10,070 nt of DNA, from positions 1 to 10,070 of the forward strand of contig JBFGZE010000103.1 in assembly GCA_041586955.1 (NCBI GenBank), in the 5' to 3' direction. The stretch is from Bacteriovoracaceae bacterium (GTDB lineage Bacteria > Bdellovibrionota > Bacteriovoracia > Bacteriovoracales > Bacteriovoracaceae). The position numbers were made by a program, and so were the translations under genes. The first letter of the stretch is position 1. The number at the start of each line of letters is the position of its first letter. The notes under the pieces are model-generated. The model had not been told where the DNA came from and did no database searches. It saw only the letters and a list, made by a program, of their open reading frames with translations. Below, piece by piece: positions 1-6,640 of the stretch.

Positions 1-1
1 C

Positions 2-1765
2 ATTTATCATTCATTATTTCTCTATTACAAGGTTAATGAAAATTGGGAAGAAGCGGGAAAAATTTTAAAGAACGGATTAGAAAAATATGAAGATTCGACA
101 AGGTTATTATTGGATTTAGCAGAAATTCGCCTTTCGCAAAATGAGTTTAAAAATTTTACAAATATTTTAAAAAGAGTTCACAAAAAGAAAGCGGAGAATT
201 CTCCGAGTTTTACGAGTGAGTTATTTGAATATCAAGGACTACTCGCAGGCTACCAAGGAGATACCAAAGGTGCTTCTGTATTTTTTAAAATTGCTATCCA
301 GATAAATGACACTCAAAGATTGCGGTCAAAGCTTGCTGAATTAGAAATAGGAGGAGAAAAGACCACCCAAGATCTTATCATTGAAAGTAAAGTTTTAAAC
401 CTCATGCAAAAATCACAACGAGCGGTCAAAGAAAAAAAATGGGAGGCGGCCTTCCGTTATGCTATTGATGCAGTTGATCTTTATCCCAATTATATTCCAG
501 CAAAATTATTATTATCTAATATTCAAATTAAACGAGGTTATTACGGAATGGCGACAGAGTCGTTAAAAGATTTGCGAAATAGTCATCCTGTAAATGCTAA
601 GATTTTTAAAACGCTAATATTTTCTTTGATTGAAAGTTTTAAACTGGATGACGCCAATTATGAAATCAATAGTATTTCTGGTTCGCGACTAAAGGATACT
701 GCAGAATATGCTTCTATCGTAGGTTATTATTTTTATAAAAGAGGAAATACGAGTTTGGCGGCGAAATGGTTACAGATCGCTCTTAAACGTGACCCACTTA
801 ATGATGAGGATTATTATCGCTTGGCACGTCTTTATCTCAATCACCGTCGCTATAAAGAAAGTAAACAAATGATAAATAAGGCAGTCGACCTTGATCCCGG
901 AAACCTTAATTATAAATCATTATTTGGAGAAATCCTTTATGAGTTAGATGGCGGTGAAACAGCGATTGGCTATTTACGGAAATTACTGGAAAGTAACCCC
1001 GGCCATCCTCGTTTACTTGGTGACATCGCCACTTACTACTATAGAGATGGAAAAATAAAAGATTTTAATGAATATAAAGAAAAGGTTGGAAAGCTGATTA
1101 CAGAAGATCCTTCTTTTTATCATTTTATGATCAAGAGCTCATTGATTGAGGAAAATCCCATTAATGTCATTTCTTATTGCGAAAGTTCTTTGAAGTTAAA
1201 CCCAGGGGATCTTAAAACAAGAATTATTATGGGCAGCCAATATTTAAAATTAAAACGACCGGCCCAGGCCATATCAACCTTTACTGATATTATTACCAGG
1301 CTCCCTAATTATCCACTCGCCCATTATCATTTGGCGCAGTCCCATATTCTAAAAAAAGACTATACTAAGGCCTTAGAGGCGGCAAAGAAGGAGGTTGAGT
1401 ACAACCCCACTCTCTTTGAGGGCCATTATATTAGCGGGGAAATACACCGTTTAATGGAAAATTATCCTGACGCCATAAAATCATTAGAAAAGTCTATATC
1501 TCTCAACGGAAGGTCTCCTGATGCACTGATGGCCCTGGGTTGGATAAAGATGCGTCAAAACTATATGGAACAAGCTGTTGAATTGTATAATCGCGCAAAG
1601 CGTCACCGGCCTAATAATCCAGAAATACGTAAACAACTAGGATTTATTTTTCAGGCCATCGGTCAGAGCTCCTTGGCCATAGAGGAATTGACGACCTATC
1701 TCAAACTCCATCCCGGCGCTCCCGATAGGAAGAAAATTGAATCGTATATTCGGCAGTTAAAATAA
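2..1765 (+). CDS. Long tetratricopeptide-repeat (TPR) protein, 5'-truncated by window edge
   Basis: The frame is open from base 2 (IYHSLFLYYKVNENWEEAGKILKNGLEKYEDSTRLLLDLAE...), so the TTG at 110 is probably not the true start. Many ~34-aa helical repeats with TPR signatures (AVDLYPNYIPAKLLLS, ALKRDPLNDEDYYRLA, AVDLDPGNLNY, SLKLNPGDLKTRIIMG, EVEYNPTLFEGHYISG, YLKLHPGAPD). Stop TAA at 1763-1765. Confidence 0.92.
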   Translation: MYHSLFLYYKVNENWEEAGKILKNGLEKYEDSTRLLLDLAEIRLSQNEFKNFTNILKRVHKKKAENSPSFTSELFEYQGLLAGYQGDTKGASVFFKIAIQINDTQRLRSKLAELEIGGEKTTQDLIIESKVLNLMQKSQRAVKEKKWEAAFRYAIDAVDLYPNYIPAKLLLSNIQIKRGYYGMATESLKDLRNSHPVNAKIFKTLIFSLIESFKLDDANYEINSISGSRLKDTAEYASIVGYYFYKRGNTSLAAKWLQIALKRDPLNDEDYYRLARLYLNHRRYKESKQMINKAVDLDPGNLNYKSLFGEILYELDGGETAIGYLRKLLESNPGHPRLLGDIATYYYRDGKIKDFNEYKEKVGKLITEDPSFYHFMIKSSLIEENPINVISYCESSLKLNPGDLKTRIIMGSQYLKLKRPAQAISTFTDIITRLPNYPLAHYHLAQSHILKKDYTKALEAAKKEVEYNPTLFEGHYISGEIHRLMENYPDAIKSLEKSISLNGRSPDALMALGWIKMRQNYMEQAVELYNRAKRHRPNNPEIRKQLGFIFQAIGQSSLAIEELTTYLKLHPGAPDRKKIESYIRQLK

Positions 1766-1775
1766 TACTTCTATA

Positions 1776-1804
1776 TTGCCATTCTGAGCTTTTCTGATTA
1801 TTAT
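1776..1804 (+). promoter_or_regulatory. sigma70-type promoter for the tRNA-Ser pair
   Basis: TTGCCA (1776-1781), 17-nt spacer, TATTAT (1799-1804), then GCTCCT. The -10 ends 9 nt before the first tRNA. Confidence 0.7.
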
Positions 1805-1813
1805 GCTCCTTAC

Positions 1814-1901
1814 GGAGGATTGGCTGAGTGGTCGAAAGCGGCGGTTTTGAAAACCGTTGACCTTTACGGGTCCGCAGGTTCGAATCCTGTGTCCTCCGCC
1901 A
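1814..1901 (+). tRNA. tRNA-Ser (anticodon TGA)
   Basis: Acceptor GGAGGAT/GTCCTCC, discriminator G, encoded CCA. D arm GCTGAGTGGTCGAAAGC. Anticodon arm GCGGT-TT-TGA-AA-ACCGT. Long variable arm GACCTTTACGGGTC. T arm GCAGG-TTCGAAT-CCTGT. Confidence 0.97.
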
Positions 1902-1909
1902 TTCATTTC

Positions 1910-1998
1910 GGAGAAGTGGGAGAGTGGCCGAATCCAACACCTTGCTAAGGTGTCGTACCCTTTGGGTACCGCGAGTTCAAATCTCGCCTTCTCCGCCA
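1910..1998 (+). tRNA. tRNA-Ser (anticodon GCT)
   Basis: Acceptor GGAGAAG/CTTCTCC, discriminator G, encoded CCA. Anticodon arm ACACC-TT-GCT-AA-GGTGT. Long variable arm GTACCC-TTT-GGGTAC. T arm GCGAG-TTCAAAT-CTCGC. Confidence 0.97.
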
Positions 1999-2270
1999 TT
2001 TTGATTTCTGTGACTTGCTTAAGACTCCCTAAGATTATCAATTTTTAAAACTTTAGATTTTTGACGCTTTTTATGTCCCTCGAATTTTTGTTGTCTTCGA
2101 TCTTTTTTTTAAAAAAGTATTCCCTAATTGATTTGAAATTAATTCACCTAGCAGGAAGCCCATTTCACTTTTGCCTGTTATCGCAGCGTGGGCCTAATTT
2201 TTTTATAAAACTGGATCTGGAAAAAATTTTATACAACCTAAAAATAAAGTTTGAGGATTTTAAAAAGCGT

Positions 2271-3722
2271 TTATTTTTTAATGAAAGATTTAATTTTATG
2301 AAATATTTGTTGAAGATCAATGATAATTTTACGATCGAGAAGAACGCAAAAGGGAAAAAATACTAACATAAATATTAGAAAGGAAATAAAAATATTATTT
2401 ACAAGCTTAAAATTATAAAGAAGGTAGTTTGCCAGTAATGCTCCACTGAAAACGATGATAAAGCGTTTGATTAAGTCAAATTGAATATATTCTCTGGCAT
2501 AAATACTAGCAATAATTAAGATCGTGAAGTTAGCAATAGTCTGTGCATATAAAAATCCAAAAAGTTGAAATTGCTGTGCAAGGATATATGTTAAGCCAAT
2601 CACCAAAAAGAAGTTAATAAGTTCTATTTTAGATCGCATAAACGGGTTACCAATACCAGAAAGAAGCGAGTTAATGATATTGCGAGTCCCATAGAGTCCT
2701 ATCGTCAAAGAAATTAAGGCAATAATACTTTTAGCGGCATACCATCTTTCATTAAACAAAATGTCGATAAGAGATGGCCCAAGCGCCGCGCCGAGGCCAA
2801 AGATAAGACCAATGGCGAGAATAAGAACTTCCCCACCCCGTGTAATTAAAATTTTAATTTGCTCTCGGTTGCTTTGTAATTTGGCAATTGCGGGAAAAAG
2901 AACGTTATTATAATTATTGATGAATACTAGTGGAATAGAAACGAGTCCATTAGTCCAAAAATAAAGCCCAATAGTATCAACATCGAGAAATAATTTTAAA
3001 ATAATAGGTATGAAGATGGCGTTGAGTGCGATGATAATCAAATTAATTTGATAAAAAACGCCCTTTTTTAAATTACTAAATATTGGTTGGAGATGAGTGA
3101 AGCTGGGGACGTGATACATTTTAAGGTAAAACCCACTTGCAATAATCGTTAGCTGCCTAAGGATTATACCGATAAAGAATGACCAAAAGCCAAACCCTAA
3201 GTAAGCAAATAAAACTTGGCCAATATACAAAAAAACAGTACTGATTAATTCTATTTTAGAAAAGGCGATAAAATTTAAATTTTTTTGAAAATGGATTTTG
3301 GGAATGGTTGAGAATGCTTCAAATATGGTAATAAGGCCTAAAAAGTAAAGTCCCAGGGAATCTGATTTAAAGTTGTAATAACTCTTTAAAAAAATAAAAG
3401 AAATTCCAAAAAATATTGAAACAGAAACACTTAAAATGATTCGAATAGAAAGATAGGACTTCATTTGATTGATACTGATATCACTTTTTTGTTGGACGAG
3501 AGACTCGTGTAGGCCGATATCAGTGAGGTATGATAGTGAACTAATCCACCCATTAAGTATGCCAAAGACTCCATAGTCATAGGGAGTTAAAAGCCTGGCC
3601 AAGGAGATACTTGATATAAATTGTAAAACATTTGTTATGGCCGTTCTTAATGAAAGGATCAAAAGGCCGCGTTTGCTTTGGGTCGCAATTTTCTTCCTTT
3701 TAATACTTTCATTGTCGGTCAT
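2271..3722 (-). CDS. wzx: Wzx-type oligosaccharide flippase (polysaccharide biosynthesis/export, WzxC-like)
   Basis: 483 aa with many hydrophobic TM segments. N-terminal family motif LARLLTPYDYGVFG...DIGLHESLVQ, plus AYLGFGFWS, NVLFPAIAKLQ and ILFNERW, typical of PST-family flippases. Confidence 0.9.
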   Translation of the reverse strand: MTDNESIKRKKIATQSKRGLLILSLRTAITNVLQFISSISLARLLTPYDYGVFGILNGWISSLSYLTDIGLHESLVQQKSDISINQMKSYLSIRIILSVSVSIFFGISFIFLKSYYNFKSDSLGLYFLGLITIFEAFSTIPKIHFQKNLNFIAFSKIELISTVFLYIGQVLFAYLGFGFWSFFIGIILRQLTIIASGFYLKMYHVPSFTHLQPIFSNLKKGVFYQINLIIIALNAIFIPIILKLFLDVDTIGLYFWTNGLVSIPLVFINNYNNVLFPAIAKLQSNREQIKILITRGGEVLILAIGLIFGLGAALGPSLIDILFNERWYAAKSIIALISLTIGLYGTRNIINSLLSGIGNPFMRSKIELINFFLVIGLTYILAQQFQLFGFLYAQTIANFTILIIASIYAREYIQFDLIKRFIIVFSGALLANYLLYNFKLVNNIFISFLIFMLVFFPFCVLLDRKIIIDLQQIFHKIKSFIKK

Positions 3723-3798
3723 AATTAGTAATGAGGTTTAACTGTTAATAAAAATAAAAAGCCACTATAATTTGATTTGGACTTAACAAGATTTTACT

Positions 3799-4710
3799 AT
3801 GGAATTAAATACGCAACAAAAGAAAAGTATTGATTTTACCCCAAAAGAGCAGGTTTACTTAACGTGCCTATGTGGGCAAAAAAAATTCATCGAATATTTT
3901 GACCCCTACAAAAAAACAAAAAGGTTTGAAGGGTATAAGTTAGTGGAGTGCACGAGCTGTTCTTTGGTTAGAACTGACCCCTCGCCTATTTCGTGTCTTG
4001 ATGATGCCAAGGAATTGTATGATGACCCAAACTATTATGCTGAATCGGCAGATCAAACAAATTTCTGGCTCAAGATGGCGAAAAGAACGATTCAGGACCT
4101 CAGCAAGATAGATGTTAAGGGAAAGCTGTTAGACATTGGATGTGGACTTGGCTATATCGTAAAAGCAGCGGAAGATCTGGGTTTTAAGGCTTCAGGAATA
4201 GATTTAAACCCACATCCCATTCCTATAGGTAAAAAAAAATTTGGTGTTAATATTGCCAGAAAAACCCTTGAAGAAGTCGTTGAAAAATATGATGTTATAA
4301 CTTCAAATCATGTTTTAGAGCATGTACTATCGCCAAAGGATTTTTTAGCACAAATTGAAGAGCGTCTAAACCCTGGAGGTTATTTGCTTTTGGGTGTTCC
4401 AAATATCAATGGGGGGATACCTAGAACATTGCGCCTTTTAAATTACCTTAATCGCGGCCCGGGGGCGAATTGGCTTTGGGTTGGTTATCAGCCAAATGAA
4501 CATATTTGGCATTTTACACCTCAAACCCTAATGTCGTTCTTGGAAAAAGAAGGCTGGGAAGTTAAAAAAGTGCGAGTAAATTTAAATAATTCATATGCCT
4601 ACATTAAATTCCCTAAATTTCATCAAAGAATTATTCAAAAACTATGGCGTATTTTTGAATTCTTTAATATGGCCGATGAATTTACGGTTCTATGCCAAAA
4701 AAAGAAATGA
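3799..4710 (+). CDS. Class I SAM-dependent methyltransferase with N-terminal Cys cluster (putative Zn-binding), glycan-locus type
   Basis: Motif I LLDIGCGLG, YDVITSNHVLEHV, LNPGGYLLLGVPN, EHIWHFTP. N-terminal CLC...CTSC. Confidence 0.9.
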   Translation: MELNTQQKKSIDFTPKEQVYLTCLCGQKKFIEYFDPYKKTKRFEGYKLVECTSCSLVRTDPSPISCLDDAKELYDDPNYYAESADQTNFWLKMAKRTIQDLSKIDVKGKLLDIGCGLGYIVKAAEDLGFKASGIDLNPHPIPIGKKKFGVNIARKTLEEVVEKYDVITSNHVLEHVLSPKDFLAQIEERLNPGGYLLLGVPNINGGIPRTLRLLNYLNRGPGANWLWVGYQPNEHIWHFTPQTLMSFLEKEGWEVKKVRVNLNNSYAYIKFPKFHQRIIQKLWRIFEFFNMADEFTVLCQKKK

Positions 4711-5206
4711 AATACCTTTTTAGCTATATTCATTGCGCTTGATATTACCTAAAAAATATTAATCCTGTGGGATATTTCCGTCTACTACGACCTTTTTCTA
4801 AAAATAAAACCCTTGTCATTGGACCTTACCGGAGGGCCGTAAAGAAAAATTAAATTTTTGTTTTACTGTTTGTCGACCCTTAAAAAAATCGTTCTGTGTA
4901 TTTAAAAAGATTCGCTAGGATTATTTGGTGAGAGGTCTCAATTTTGAGAACCTGATGCCTTCTTATTAGTTATTTATGGTATTATGCAAAGGAGTTCTCG
5001 TTAACTTCCTTATTGTGGCGTTGGGGTTTGCCGACTCCATGAGCGAGTACAGTCGCTTTATTTTACGGCAATTAACCTTTTTGCCTTGGCCAATATATTG
5101 CAGGTAAGAAAATTGACTTCGTGATGGACTGTGATAGGGAGAGAAGCACCACCGCGGTTAAATATTAGGTTGCAAATAACGCTATCTGTAAAAACTAGAG
5201 ATTGGC

Positions 5207-5234
5207 TATAATTAACGTCTTCTTCAACAGGGGA
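5207..5234 (+). promoter_or_regulatory. Putative -10 box and Shine-Dalgarno for the PIMT-like gene
   Basis: Perfect TATAAT at 5207-5212. AGGGGA at 5229-5234, 7 nt before ATG 5242. No good -35 at canonical spacing. Confidence 0.45.
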
Positions 5235-5241
5235 TCCATTT

Positions 5242-6450
5242 ATGCCCGCTAAAATGTATCAAGATGAATTATTAAAATTGGCCACACGTAACTATCGTAG
5301 TACGCCCTTAAGTCAAGCTGTAAAGGATGCTTTTTACCATGTGCCTAGGCATCAATTCGTGTCGCGGTATCGTAATTTATCCCAAGGAGTATGGATCGAT
5401 ATAGATGAAGCAAATATTGAGGATAATCTCTCACTGCTTTACGCAGATCAGCCTCTTATGATTTATGGGGATGAAAATGATTTTAAAAAAGAGCTAGGCT
5501 CAGAATATGTGTCAACGATTTCCCAACCTTCTTTTGTTCTTAGAATTATCGATATTCTTCGTTTAAAAAAAGGTCATAAAGTATTTGAACTGGGAACTGG
5601 TAGTGGTTGGAATGCCGCTTTAATGGCGGATATTGTAGGGCCAACTGGAAAAGTGGTTTCTGTCGAAATTATTAAGGACTTAATAGAACGAGCTCAAAAA
5701 TCAATAGATGCACTTGGTATTAAAAATGTTCAAATTATTCATGGAGATGGAAGTGACGGCTGGGAACCAGAAGCACCTTACGATAGAATCATATTCACGG
5801 CAGGTTCGTATGAATTACCTCGATGTTTTTTTAAGCAAATCAAAGATGAGGGTCTTCTGTTATTTATCCTTAAGAATAAATATGCTGGGGATCGTTTAAT
5901 TTTATTGCAAAAACGCGGACATTGTTTTCAATCCCTTTATTCTTTAGGATGTGAATTCGTCCCTTTAACAGGGAAGCTTCGGGTAGAAGATATGGAAGAA
6001 GTTCCGATTGGGACATTATTGAAGAAAAACAATATAGAGAATAAAGTTGTCGCTAGTCAAAATATTAAATGGACAAATATTAGCGATGCCTCGTTTTATT
6101 GGAGCACATTTGGACTTAAGTCTTTTTTAACTGTTACGGATGAAAAGTTCATTCATATTCTTTTAGAAAATGGGAGCCGTACATTTGGTTATTTAGACAA
6201 AGAGAATAGTTCATTTGCCATTGCCTATCCTGAAAGAATTGATTGTTATGGAAATGATTATGCGCTTAGGTCATTAATGGAAAGAATTGATCAATGGTTA
6301 GAGTTAGGTGAACCAAGTATTTCTGATCTGGAACTTAAAGTCTTTCCAAAAGAGTCGGATTTTGTTTGGGAGGATGAAACATGGGTCGTTGCTAAGAAGG
6401 AGTCAGTTTTTGTATGGTCTTTAAGAGAGGATTATTTTCCTAGTGACTAG
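5242..6450 (+). CDS. Protein-L-isoaspartate O-methyltransferase (PIMT/Pcm) homologue with extended C-terminal domain (RiPP-associated / FxLD-system-like architecture)
   Basis: PIMT motifs VPRHQFV, STISQP, VFELGTGSGWNAA, VVSVE, GDGSDGWEPEAPYDRIIFTAG and FVPLTG (aa 239-244), followed by ~158 extra residues containing WLELGEP (aa 352-358). Confidence 0.9.
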   Translation: MPAKMYQDELLKLATRNYRSTPLSQAVKDAFYHVPRHQFVSRYRNLSQGVWIDIDEANIEDNLSLLYADQPLMIYGDENDFKKELGSEYVSTISQPSFVLRIIDILRLKKGHKVFELGTGSGWNAALMADIVGPTGKVVSVEIIKDLIERAQKSIDALGIKNVQIIHGDGSDGWEPEAPYDRIIFTAGSYELPRCFFKQIKDEGLLLFILKNKYAGDRLILLQKRGHCFQSLYSLGCEFVPLTGKLRVEDMEEVPIGTLLKKNNIENKVVASQNIKWTNISDASFYWSTFGLKSFLTVTDEKFIHILLENGSRTFGYLDKENSSFAIAYPERIDCYGNDYALRSLMERIDQWLELGEPSISDLELKVFPKESDFVWEDETWVVAKKESVFVWSLREDYFPSD

Positions 6451-6640
6451 GAAAATAAAACATAGTTTTTCTTCAAACCAATTAAAGCAACTCCTAAATC
6501 TATCCAAATTAAGGAGGCATTTTTCTCCAACGCTTAAAATATATTCAAACTTCCAGTAAAATTAAAAATGGGTTAAGAATTTTCTAGTATTGAATTTGAA
6601 TCTCAATATATGGATTAGGCATCCATAAAAACGATAAAAA

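Noticed and set aside
1701..2048. ORFs 1701..1940(-), 1757..2041(-) and 1857..2048(+)
   Set aside because: They overlap the two tRNA genes and are typical tRNA shadow translations.
2150..2197. GCCCA...TGGGC stem downstream of the tRNAs as a terminator or ncRNA
   Set aside because: Only a ~5-6 bp stem around a long loop, too weak to call despite the nearby T-run.
2061..2366. 101-aa ORF on +
   Set aside because: TTG start without SD, low-complexity F/L/K composition reflecting AT-rich DNA, and overlap with the 3' end of wzx on the opposite strand.
4708..4742. Genome-wide TGA recoding (code 4 or 25)
   Set aside because: All long genes are intact under code 11 and use TGG for Trp, with no in-frame TGA in any of them.
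5000..5045. c-di-GMP-I riboswitch suggested by GGCAAACC on the minus strand
   Set aside because: The GNRA-capped stem and the downstream conserved GCAAA-type segment are not present at the expected positions.
5708..5899. 63-aa ORF on + as a possible precursor
   Set aside because: It lies out of frame inside the conserved PIMT catalytic domain.
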